64,000 bases of DNA from the human T2T-CHM13v2.0 reference genome, Homo sapiens. This document shows, in pieces, positions 16,338 to 28,749 of the stretch (position 1 is its first letter; every line of letters starts with the position of its first letter). The notes under the pieces were generated by a model, which was given only the letters and a program-made list of their open reading frames with translations, was not told the DNA's origin and ran no database searches. The stretch is from assembly GCF_009914755.1 (NCBI RefSeq), contig NC_060925.1, one strand, 5' to 3'. A program made the translations under genes and the position numbers.

Positions 16338-17843
16338 TGGTCTCACTGACTTCAAGAATGAAGACTTCTTGGTCTCACTGACTTCAAGAATGAAGCCACG
16401 GACCCTCGCAGTGAGTGTCACAGCTCTTAAGGTGGCGCGTCTGGAGTTTGTTTCTTCTGATGTTCGGATGTGTTCAGAGTTTCTTCCTTCTGGTGGGTTC
16501 ACGGTCTCGCTGGCTCAGGAGTGAAGCTGCAGACCTTCGTGGTGAGTGTTACAGCTCTTAAGGTGGCGCGTCTGGAGTTGTTCGTTCCTCCCGGTGGGCT
16601 CGTGGCCTCGCTGCCTTCAGGAGTGACGCTGTAGACCTTCGCGGTGAGTGTTAAGCTCATAAAAGCGGTGTGGACCCAAAGAGTGAGCAGTAGCAAGGTT
16701 TATTGCAAAGAGTGAAAGAACAAAGCTTACACAGTGTGGAAGGGGACCCGAGCAGGTTGCCACTGCTGGCTCTGGCAGCCTGCTTTTATTCTCTTATCTG
16801 GCCCCACCCACATCCTGCTGATTGTTAGAGCCAAGTGCTCTGTTTTGACATGGCGCAGATTGGTGTGTTTACAATCCCTGAGCTAGACACAAAGGTTCTC
16901 CACGTCCCCACCAGATTAGCTAGATACAGAGTGTGGGTTGGTGCATTCACAAACCCTGAGCTAGACACAGGGTGGTGATTGGTGTGTTTACAAACCTTGA
17001 GCTAGATACAGAGTGCTGATTGGTATATTTACAATCCCTGAGCTAGACATAAAGGTTCTCCAAGGCCCCACCAGAGTAGCTAGATACAGAGTGTCGATTG
17101 GTGCATTCACAAACCCTGAGGTAGACACAGGGTGCTGATTGGTGTATTTACAATCCCTGAGCTAGACCTAAAGGTTCTCCATGTCCCCACCAGACTCAGG
17201 AGCCCAGCTGGCTTCACCCAGTGGATCCTGCACTGAGGCTGCAGGTGGAGCTGCCTGCCAGTCCCTCGCTGTGCGCGGGCACTCCTCAGCCCTTGGGTGG
17301 TCGATGGGACTGGGCGCTTTGGAGCAGGGGGCGGCGCTCATCTGGGAGGCTCGGGCCGCACGGGAGCCCATGGAGTGGGTGGGAGGCTCAGGCATGGCGG
17401 GCTGCAGGTCCAGAGCCCTGCCCCGTGGGAAGGCAGCTAAGGCCCGGTGAGAAATCGAGCGCAGCGCCGGTGAGCTGGCACTGCTGGGGGACCCAGTACA
17501 CCCTCCGCAGCCGCTGGCCGGGTGCTAAGCCCCTCATTGCCGGGGGCCGGCAGGGCCTGCCGGCTGCTCCCAGTGCGGGACCCGCCAAGCCCACGCCCAC
17601 CCGGAACTCCAGCTGGCCCGCAAGCGCCGCGCACAGCCCCGGTGCCCGCTGGCGCCTCTCCCTCCACACCTCCCTGCAAGCTGAGGGAGCAGGCTCCGGC
17701 CTTGGCCAGCCCAGAAAGGGGCTGCCACAGTGCAGCGGTGGACTGAAGGGCTCCTCAAGCGCCGCCAAAGTGGGAGCCCAGGCAGAGGAGGCGCCGAGAG
17801 CGAGCGAGGGCTGTGAGGACTGCTAGCACGCTGTCACCTCTCA
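16338..17843 (-). mobile_element. LTR12C solo LTR (ERV9)
   Basis: Ends in ...gcacgctgtcacctctca (reverse complement of the LTR12 start tgagaggtgacagcgtgc); GC/CpG-rich U3; tandem GATTGG/ctagatacagag units; TSD GTAT at 16334-16337 and 17844-17847. Confidence 0.95.
16780..17200 (-). promoter_or_regulatory. LTR12C U3 NF-Y (CCAAT) array and AATAAAA TATA-like box; promoter faces left
   Basis: Five ATTGG boxes at 16859-17142; cttttatt at 16783-16790; known LTR12 promoter architecture. Confidence 0.7.
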
Positions 17844-19139
17844 GTATGCTTTCTCTTGTCTGAAGAATAAATCTTGTGAAAACTGTTACTTTTAAATGTA
17901 TATTTTAATGATATAAAAATTATAAATTTTGTACTTTTAAATCAAGGGCAACAGTAAAGTGGGTGTAGAAGGAAGGTTAAAATTTTTTATTTTTATTTTT
18001 ATTTTTAATAGAACACCAAATTAACACAAACAATTATCCATGGGATTAATACAGATTCATCTGTATATCAAACCACCCAAACATACGTACATGAGCATTT
18101 TAAATACAGTCATTTGAATAAGAAGCTAAAAATAACTAGTTTTAAGTTACTTTAACAATAAGAAGTAATAATTCTACGTGAACCTATGGACCTTGTTACA
18201 TTATTCCCTTAGCAATATAATTTTTTTCAAAGTGAATCAAGATGACATATTTTGATAAGAGTTGATTATTTCAATAATTTGATTGGATTCTTTATTATTA
18301 TTAAAATTCCCAATGATGTTTAAACTTATATTTAAATTGATCGAAAATGTGTATTTAATCTATAGTACACATTCATAAAAACAAACCTAAAAATCGGATC
18401 ACTTTTGGCTACCTGTTGGCTAGCATAAAATCTGGAAATTTCATTTTATCTACTAAATATGAAACTTTAGGATCGTATAATCTTAGAGCTTACGGGTATC
18501 AGGTCTTAGTTTTACTTTTCACAGATCAAATCCATAATATTGAAGTATCAGGAAGGTCGAGAAAATATTTTCAAATCATTAATTACTTGTTGACATGAGG
18601 AATTGAAGTAATCATAAATTTGTTATTTAAGAAAGTCCTAAAAATCATTACATATTTTGCTCAATGTGTGAGAAGATGTGAAGCACCCCTTTACCGACAT
18701 CTAAAACACTGTTCATGAGCCACCATGTAGAAAATCTATTTGTAAATTGTATGGTGGTTGAGTTGCTCTGAAAGTCAGATTTTAAAGAATTTGTGGAGTT
18801 TTAGGTTTTGTGGTTTTGATTTAACACTGTTGAAAAAAAGTGGAGTTAAAGCCATACAAGCAGACAAGGGGAGAAGAGCCAGAGAAATGGCATAAATTTG
18901 AAGCTTTTTAAATTGAAGGACAAGGGGAATGCTCTGTGTTGAAATGATAAGAAGACAATTTAAGAGCCTGGATATTAACTTCTAAATGTATCTTTCTGTA
19001 ATTAACCTCCCCCACCATCCCCCCCGCACAGGTATACAATTATTTTATAAAATCTATTAGACTCAGGAAAGTGACAGATGGGTGGTGGTTTGTTGTTGTT
19101 TTTATCCAAGAGGCTAAGATAGTCAAGAGGTGTCTGTTT

Positions 19140-19330
19140 AAGGGCATAAGCTTTGGAATATAACTCCCTGAGTTCAAATTATTTTTTCTCTTACATGAGT
19201 TATTTAACCTCCAAAACTCAGTTTCCTCCTCTGCAAAAAGGGAAGAATTGTTATGAAATTAAAATAAGAGATTCCGCATGTAAAGTGGTTCATTATTTTC
19301 TAGAACTTGTTTAACACCGGATGAATGCCA
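19140..19330 (+). mobile_element. MIR
   Basis: gctttggaat...gagttcaaat...ttatttaacctc...ctcagtttcctcctctgcaaaaaggg. Confidence 0.7.
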
Positions 19331-19807
19331 TTTTAAGTGTAGATTTCTCATGCAGACTCAATGTGGAATGGAACTTAAGTATTACTTACATAGCATGCAT
19401 ATAAACAACAGCAAAGCGTTAGAGGAAATTCAACCTTCACTTTCACTCCCATCTGGTCCTGGAAATTCAGTAAGTTGTTACAAAGGTAGTTGGCATATTT
19501 AACAATGTTCAACAAGGTTACCTTCTTTTCCCAAGGGCCAAAGTAAACTCTTCTGATGACTCATTCGCAAATTACTTTTAATATAAGAGAGATTGTTCAT
19601 CAGGTATACCAATAGAGGATGAAAATATCTATTATAAAAATTAATATTAAATTTTCTGAAAATAGCATTATGATTTACTGATTTGGTAATCATTTTCTAT
19701 GAAAGATATTGAAAAACTTGAAAAGTAAGATGAATTGTAATAATTTGATTTTACAATATTGATGGTACTGAAAATTAACTGAAGAATTATGATTGGACAT
19801 TAATAAC

Positions 19808-20245
19808 TGTGGCAGATGCTGTAATGTGCCACTTAATTTCTCCTTCAAAGAAGAATCTGTTGCCTCAGTACAGAGAGGGCTGTTAAAAGTTAGCCTTCAG
19901 CTATCAGCTCCTTCAGAAATTGCGTCAGCTGCACAGAGCTGCCTTCCCAACACCACTTCCCTCCGCAGGGTGTCCACATCAAATAATTGATCCACTCAGG
20001 AGATTAAAGGCCTGGACATTAAGGCCTGACTTGGGACAACCCTGAAGGGCCCTTTCGGCTCCAGAACTCGTAGTGGGGATGGCCAAAGCTGTCAGTAGGC
20101 CTGTATCACAGCTCAGCTTCTTTCTCTAGCCATTCCTGATCCCTTCCCTTCAGTTCCAGTTATGTTAAGCCTGAGAGCCCACCTAAATAAATTTATCCTG
20201 AGCTATAAACTCCTCAGTTGGCTTCCTGGGAAACCCAAACTGGAA
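19808..20245 (+). mobile_element. LTR16A-like ERVL solo LTR
   Basis: tgtggcagatgctg start; tgggacaaccctgaagggcc core; ...ggcttcctgggaaacccaaact end. Confidence 0.75.
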
Positions 20246-20277
20246 AAAATAGCAATAGTATTAATAATAATATATTA

Positions 20278-20445
20278 TTATATTTATTGAATGATTGTCA
20301 TGTGCCATGTATCTTGCTATCTGCTGTGCATTGTCCTTCTAAATCAGTGTCTAGAGAAACCTTAAGTTAAGGTACATACTTTACTTATTTTACAGATGGA
20401 AACAAGGAGAATTAGAGAAATTAAGCAATTTGCCTAAAGTGAAAC
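20278..20445 (-). mobile_element. MIR
   Basis: atttattgaatgattgtcatgtgcca...attttacagatggaaac...agagaaattaagcaatttgcctaaagt. Confidence 0.7.
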
Positions 20446-22631
20446 TAACGACTTGGATTAATAGGTAGGTAGTGTGCAATTAGTACAGATCTTCTTGAAG
20501 TATCAGTATTGTTTCCAAGTATTACTTTTTAAAACTAGTGAAACTTATTTTCCAAAAGTGTTTTGTTCATTTGTAGACAAAGTATTATATAACACATGTT
20601 ACAGAATACTTGAATAATTTGGTATAATATCACCAATGGATGTGAACTTTTCAGATGTATATTATTTAAGTATGCAGAATATGATTCTATTCACTCTATG
20701 CAAATGTAAATGTACAGTGTTAAGAACATAATAAAAGCATATTTTAAATTTTTTTATAAATATTTTTAGCATGATATATATAACATTTTGTTCAGACCTA
20801 GGTTTGTAGTTTTACAAAACAATGTCAATATCTCTTGAAAACTGGCAAACTTCTATGTTAACAATGTTGGTAAATTATGGTTTTAAATGTTTGATATGAA
20901 TACTCAAGACTTAAAAGTGGTAGATGGATTAGGCCCCGGTACTCCTGAAACTGTCTAATGGAAAAAAAATAAAAAGAATGAAAAAAAGAAAGAAACATAG
21001 CCCAAAGTTAATAAGAAAAAGTTATCTGCTTCTTGTGAAAATACAGTATTTCTTTCTCATCTTTTTCTTTCATAAACCGTCAGGATTGCAGTGAGGCTGA
21101 TAGCAGCTCGTAAGATTGCTATCTTTACTAAGTAGTTCTATAGTAACTTGGGAATAACTTTAAATTTAATGACTACAAATAACGTTCTAAATTGGTTGGT
21201 TTGCTGAAAAATAAAATCATGGAGAACAAAGAATAAAACTACTATAATAAAGCACTTCCTGATTATAAAATTGAGCTAAATGGTTTTCTGTGCGGAATAA
21301 AAGAGAGTCATTTTCAATTATTCCAAAAATTACCTGATGATAAACTTAATATAAGATGCACTTGTGTTCTATAATTCATTGCTATTTTCAAATAAAAATA
21401 TTTGAATAAAAGTGCTTTGCAATGATTTATTTCTGATTACTTTCTTAAAAGTGTTACATTTTCCAGTTTAGTATATTTCATTTTAATGCTTTATTACTTA
21501 TCTATGCTTTCAAATTTATGTAAGTTTCTATTTTGTGTTCTCAAGAAGAATTCGGAGACAGGCTACTGGGAATTCATTTGCCTAAGTACAACCTAAATCC
21601 TTTTGAAGAAATTGGTGAGAGATTTCGGTCTGTCAGTCAAGCCTTTAAGGCACAGATATTAAATGGCTTTAAAAGAAGAGACAGATTGAAAACAAAACAA
21701 ATGCACTAATAACTACTTGGATCCAGAATATTTTAAGAAGGCGTGAAAATTTTTTGGGTAGTATAAAACAAAGCACTGGATTTATGAGTCAAAAGAAAAA
21801 AGAAAAGTTAATATTCTTAGTAGGCCACTTTCTCTGGTTAACTTTAGTAAATACTTTCCTTTGTTTATTAATAAAGTATTCTTTATTCTATTTTATTTTA
21901 TCATTTAGGTTGACTTCCACAATGATGAGGAAACTAATATTTAATTGTCTTAATATTTAATGAGACAATACTTGCTAATTACCAGTCGTAGTAGGTATTT
22001 TATATTTTTTAACTTGCTGAATAAGTACAGTTATCTTGACATGGTTATTAGTAGCCTCATCTTAGCTTACTAATGTTCCTCACAGACGATCAGGAACCTA
22101 GTTCATAGGTAACCTAGATGGGATTTGAATTTGTGTCTTCCTGACTTCAAAGTTTATTATATTTCCACTGTAGCACACCACACTCATATTTTGAGTTTGT
22201 TCTCAAAGTAATAAACAAGATGAAAAAAAAAGCAACTAAAAATTAAATGAGGTTCATAGTCTGGGATCTATAGTTACTGAACTAATCTTGTCACTATTTC
22301 ATATTCTTTCTTTGAAAATTAATAGGCACACAGTTTGGACTGACTATAGTGACTTTTTTGTTTCCCATGAATTTTCTGAGTGAAAGCCGTAAAATCCAGG
22401 TAGCATGAGCTTGCATCGTATGTATATACTACTACATAACCCTAATCTTACACTTTTCTTTGCAAATGACAATATTTCACTAAAAGTGACTTAAAATTAT
22501 ATCGATCATTATGTTGAATTTATGACATGTCTTAATTAATACTAACAACGACTCTAGAAAACCACGAAGGCAAAAATACCAAACAATGACCAAATTCTTT
22601 TGATTTGAATGCGTGTGATTAAAAATGAAAT

Positions 22632-23568
22632 TCATGCAGGATTTTTCTTGACCCCTTCATGGGACTTGCAGTGGGGGAGCCCTGTTCACTCAGCCCACAG
22701 CGCTCAGCCCCTCGTGTGAGGGAGCACGTGAGTGTGTGAGTGTGGGATATGGTCAGCCCCTTTGGGCACCAGCAGGAACAAGCTCCATTTGCACCCAGCG
22801 GCCAGACTAGGCCTGAGTGAATAAGCGCAGGATCTGGCCAACTATTTTAGGTACTGGCAGGAGCAAGGTCTATGCAGGCCCCATGGTGGTGTCCAGGTGG
22901 GGGTGTCTGTGACCCTGTTACAATGCTGTCTTAGCTCTGTTGTCCATGGTCAGAAGTGTGTTATCAGCTCAGTTGGCCGCATGCCTAGTCACATGGGGTG
23001 GCTGCCCTCTGCCAGCTAGAACAAAGGGCCAGTGTGACAACCTCTTTTTAGGTACCCACCCTTAGTGGATACCAGAGCTCTTGCCTAGCATCCAAGAAAA
23101 ATGAGGTCACATGGACACTTGAAGGATTGTGGAGGCAGATAATTTTACTTAGCAATGGAAATGGCTGTCAGTGGAGAGAGGAGCTAGAGGGGACCGGAAG
23201 GACAGGTCATCTTCCCCTGAAGTCCAGCGGTCTCCAGTCAGCTCTTCCTTGAAGTCAAGCTATCTCTCCGAAGTCAAGCCATCTCTCCTCCTAAGTCCAG
23301 CCATCCCTCTAAAGTCAAGTCGCCTCTCTCTCTTCTACTGAGTCTGGGGCACAGGATGGGTTGAGTGGGTGGTTGTAGGTAGTTTTGGAAAAGGCAACAT
23401 TCTATTGGTAAAAAGACATTATTCAGAAAAAAATGATTGGGAGAGTAGACAAACAGGGATAGAAATTTTCACTTTGGGCCATGGGTTTCAGGCTTTTCTG
23501 CATGAAGGTGGGGTAACACAAGGGACCCGCCCCTGTCTGCCTAGAATTTCTGTCTTCTGCCTCTACCA
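22632..23568 (-). mobile_element. ERV1 solo LTR of the LTR27/LTR28/MER52 group (~940 bp)
   Basis: GC-rich block ending gggacccgcccctgtctgcctagaatttctg...ctctacca; 4-bp TSD AAAT at 22628-22631 and 23569-23572. Confidence 0.75.
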
Positions 23569-23747
23569 AAATAATCCAATATTATTTTATCCTTGAAACA
23601 TTTTCTGTCACATATGATTCTACTTAAAGCCTTCTGAAACTAAACTTCCTGGAATATCTTCTCTCTTTTTCCTTTTCTCTGCATTTTTCTGTTTCTCTTC
23701 CTCTATTTCCTCTCTCTTTCTCTCTCTCACTCCCTCTGTCTCTAAAC

Positions 23748-24300
23748 ATATATTATATAAATATATATATTATATTATATAAATATATATTTATATTATA
23801 TAAAATAAATATATATTATATAATATAATATATATATTTATATAATATAAATATATTTTATATTATATAATATATATTTATATCATATAAATATACTTAT
23901 ATAAATATATATATTTATATCATATAAAATATAATATATTTATATTATACAAAATATAATATATTGATATTATACAAAATATAATATATTGATATTATAC
24001 AAAATATAATATATTGATATTATACAAAATATAATATATTGATATACAAAATATAATACATTTATATTATACAAAATATAATATATTGATATTATACAAA
24101 ATATAATATATATTGATATTATACAAAATATAATATATATTGATATTATACAAAATATAATATATTGATATTATATAAAATATATATTTATACAAAATAT
24201 ATTTATATTATATAAAATATATATTTATACAAATTATATTTATATTATATAAAATATATATTTATATTAGAATATATATAGTGTGTATATATATAAATAT
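23748..24300. repeat. AT-rich minisatellite/VNTR, ~25-bp unit AAAATATAATATATTGATATTATAC, with degenerate (TA)-rich flanks
   Basis: Unit visibly repeated about 10 times between ~23926 and ~24180. Confidence 0.9.
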
Positions 24301-24545
24301 TTCAACTTTAACTTCTCCATATACTCATTTACTTTAAAAGTTTGTTTCTTTTGTTAAGAAACAAAACCTAAAACATGAACCAAATAAATTTGTCTTAAGC
24401 TTTTACATCTTTTTCATGTAAAAGAAACTCACATGGCACACAAACGTCTTAGAATTACTAATCCAGAAGGAATATCTTTAGAAGTTAAATCTAAATCCTG
24501 GGGTATAGAATGCAACTGAATTTTACAATCAAAAGATTTTCCTAA

Positions 24546-24547
<2 letters not shown>

Positions 24548-24584
<37 letters not shown>

Positions 24585-24589
24585 ACACA
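24548..24589. repeat. (CA)n microsatellite
   Basis: Direct observation. Confidence 0.95.
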
Positions 24590-25374
24590 AAGATTAAAAT
24601 CTGACACCAAAATTCAGGATTTAATAGAGGCTTATTGTCCTAGAGCAAGTTTAATACCAATTATTTGACTTTATTATTATTACTTCAGATGCAAAATGTA
24701 TTTAAAGGAAACAAGGAAGAAAACAGTAAGACAGGATTCATGTAAACCAACTGTATTTATTTATTTTTAATAATCTTGATAGCACAAGAAACGTAAAAAA
24801 TACATGGCATAAGAGCATTTTAAAGGTTTTTTATCTCAGAGTAAACAGGCTAAGATTCAAAGTCGCAATCAAAATACAGTGAAATCAATTTGAGATTTTA
24901 AAATTAGGCTTCAGGAAACTTTAACACAATATTCTGTGGTAGAAAAAACTAACAAGGTAAAGGGAGATTTGTACTGTTTTTTGAAAATGCATTCATACTT
25001 GAAATAGGAGATCTAGTCAGAAAAAAATAATAAATATTTTGGAAGGCAAATCATGTAATTAGAAACTCTCCTATATGTGCCTGAACATTTTCAAAGAGCC
25101 CTAGAAAAATAAATGTTACTACTAAAAGCCCAATAATGTCCCTTTACATAATGCCTTCTCCCCCTCAAAATGTTTACATATATCCTTTTATTCTAAGAAT
25201 TGAGAAGGAACAAATGAAACACCCAGTACATATATATTGCAAACATGCTGCAAAGATACATTGAAACTCAATATTCCTCATCATAAACCTTACACCAGAA
25301 TTTTAAGGATATGTACTTTCCTTGTGGGGTCATGCTAGTAATACATGAGAGAACTCTCTGATTCTTGTAGTACT

Positions 25375-25869
25375 TGTCTATTATTAGTTTCTGCTATAAT
25401 AATTACCACAAACTTAGAGTTTTATATTTAAAAATAAGCAATATGTACAATTTGGGAAGTCAGGAGGTCAAAATAAGTCTCGCTGGTCTACAGCTAAGGT
25501 GTCAGCCGGGCTGGTTTATTCCGGAGGCTCCATGGGATAATTTATTTTCTTTCTTTTTTCAGCATCTGGAGCCACCTGCATTCCTTGACTCATGATCATC
25601 TTCCTTGTTCAAAGCACATTATTCCAACCACTGCTTCTGTCCTCACATCTCTTTTCTGTGACTGTGACCTGCTTGCCTCCCTGTTATGGGAACCCATATG
25701 ATTCTGCTCGACCGTCCTTAGTAAAATTATACAGGTAATCTCTCTATTCCAAGGTCCTTAACTTAATCACATCTGCAAAATCTTTTTCTTTTTTTTGCTA
25801 TGTAAGATAATATATTTGTAGGTTAGAAAAATTAGGGTGTGCTCATCTTTGAGATGACATTCTATCACA
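25375..25869 (-). mobile_element. MLT1 (MLT1C-like) MaLR LTR
   Basis: aattaccacaaactt...aaggtgtcagc...ttaacttaatcacatctgcaaaa...tctatcaca. Confidence 0.8.
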
Positions 25870-26036
25870 ATTCTATACATTTATTTTCTAATCTGTCTGA
25901 ATAGTAATAAAAACTTAGGTGAAGAAAGAATATTATCTAAGGGTACATCACAAATAATTCAAAGTTACTTAAGACAAACTACTAAAATAATCATACAAGG
26001 ATTTCTGATAGTAACATATTTGTTGTGCAATTAGCA

Positions 26037-26355
<319 letters not shown>

Positions 26356-28749
26356 CCCTAATTTTTTGAAATAGTAATGCTTCTATGTGTTTGACTAGGA
26401 TATTGAAACTAACTCCATGAAATATAGAAACCAAGTCCTTCATACAATCTAAAAATACCTGTTCAACAATGTCATATCAAGATACACACATAAATATACA
26501 AATACACACATACAAGCATATATATATATACACATTACACGAAAAGTTAAGCCATGTTCTATAATTTTATCTCAACAATATGTTATATAACAAGATCCAC
26601 TGTCTATTATAACCCATCATCTCTTAATTCAGTAGCCAAGCTTATCTTTGCTTCAGAACAATTTCAGTCTTCGTTAAATTAATCAACACATCTTTGTTGA
26701 ACTATGATTACCATTAAATCTAATGTCACCAAGTGTAATCCAATCCTTATTGCTAAGGGAGAGTCCCTAACATCTTCCTGACAATTAATTAATCACAGTA
26801 CTGTTTGTTTCTTATAATTCTATCTGCCAATGTAACACTGTGATTCAAGAAATACTATTATGCTGATCTATGAGTGAGAAACTCATGATAATATTATTGA
26901 ATTTTGTTCATGTCTATGCCAAGAATAGATCTTTAGACACCGCTGTAGTTAAGTAAATACTGACAATGTCATTTTTCATATGTTTTATTAAAAAAAATGG
27001 AAAATTTTACAGTTTTAGCCTATTTTTGCAAGAACTACTCTAGACTTCTTTGAAGAATCAAAGCTATTATCAAATTCCAAATTGACTCAGTGGCCAAACT
27101 TATGGTCTGCCTGGGGCATTACAAATCACTAAACATGGAAGGCTAAAATGTACTCTAATATTCATGACACTTTTATGTATTTCCTGATTTTGAAATGCTT
27201 TAGAAACAAAATTGTGAGTTAACCTTCTCCGTAACATGTTAAAAAATGGACAAGAAATATGTGATTGAATTATTGTCTCAATGCATCTAACAAAAATATT
27301 GAACACACAAAAATGAATGGCACTAGCCCACAGTAAAAAATATATATATATACTATAAAAGTTAGAGAAAATGCTTTAGCAAATCGTTATGCTAAATAAA
27401 GTGTTCTGACTTAAGTTTTTTTGCAAAGACAAATCCATGGAGACATTTGTAGATTTTGCCGTAGATGCACAATCTCTGACTCCTGAGCCTGAAAATATAC
27501 TAGGAAAAATCAGCTTGTCAGAACAAATGGAAAATAATTAGCAAAGCCAGGTGGCTGTGTATTGGGACCAGAAACCTCAAGTGGACATAATGAGACAACT
27601 CTCTAAATAGAGTCAAACACTGCTGGGAAAACCACTCTGAAATAGCAACTCATGATTCATCTGTAACCAACAACATGCTGAAAACGCTGTAAGGGTAGCA
27701 CATACACGAGAACTGTATCCTATGGGAAGATACAAGCACCTCTAGATGAATTTTATGTTGCTGCTTCCCACGATAAGGTAAGAAAATACATTAATGAATA
27801 TATGTTTTTTGTGTTGAAACTTTTGCCTATTTAAAAAGCAGCATACCTGTGCCTTAGCAAACTATGACAATACTTAGATTATACCAATTTACTTATTTAG
27901 TGATGAAGAAGTACATTTTCCCACAACAGTTATGTGTAAACAATACAAAAAAACATTGCCTTTTACTCAGGAGACTCATTGTACTTATTATGGCAAATAA
28001 TATGAATAAGATAAAAAATTAAATGAAACATTAGCATAGAAATTAGTTGAACTAGCAAATAACCTTGAAATCCCATGGGTTAAAGTACTTTTCTTAGCTG
28101 TCATGACAGTGCATTCTTATCTTTGAGGGAGTCATAGCTTCAGTCTAAGAACTGATTCTGAATTCAATCCTTTACATTTTTATCTATCTAAATGTTGTGA
28201 GGAACTTAAGAAGTATAGTCTTTTCTATCAATAATAAGTACAGGATATTTTGACTCTCCAACTATCTAATTGTCTTCTATGTGACTATGATGTATCCTTA
28301 ATCACTGCCAGATTGATATTGATATTCAATGTAAATTACCTTATGGTGCTCTCCCAATGAAGTTAAAAAACATTTCCCTTTGGGTGTACACTTAACTACT
28401 AACATAAGCCATCCTCAAATCATGATAATTAATAAAATAAAATAATTAATAAAGTACTAATAAAGTATTTTAATTAGAGAACCTCCAAAAGCAGTCATAG
28501 ATGATCCAATAACAATGGAAAGCAAATAGCTTAATAAAGTAAACAATTTTCACATAAGACCACCAGAAAAATATTTTGTTTAAATATCTGGAAACAGTGA
28601 TTGTTACTATCTCTTTCCCATACTTTGATTATATTTTTTTCTCTTTACTGATTTACTAAAAAAAATACATTTATGACTGGTTATAATTTTGTGTATTCTG
28701 TTACCATTATTAAAATTTCCCATTAATTTTTCCCTATTTTTTTTCCTCC

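Noticed and set aside
17168-17826. Several overlapping GC-rich ORFs (up to 201 aa)
   Set aside because: All lie in LTR12C U3. GC-rich LTR sequence is poor in stop codons and the peptides have no recognisable domain.
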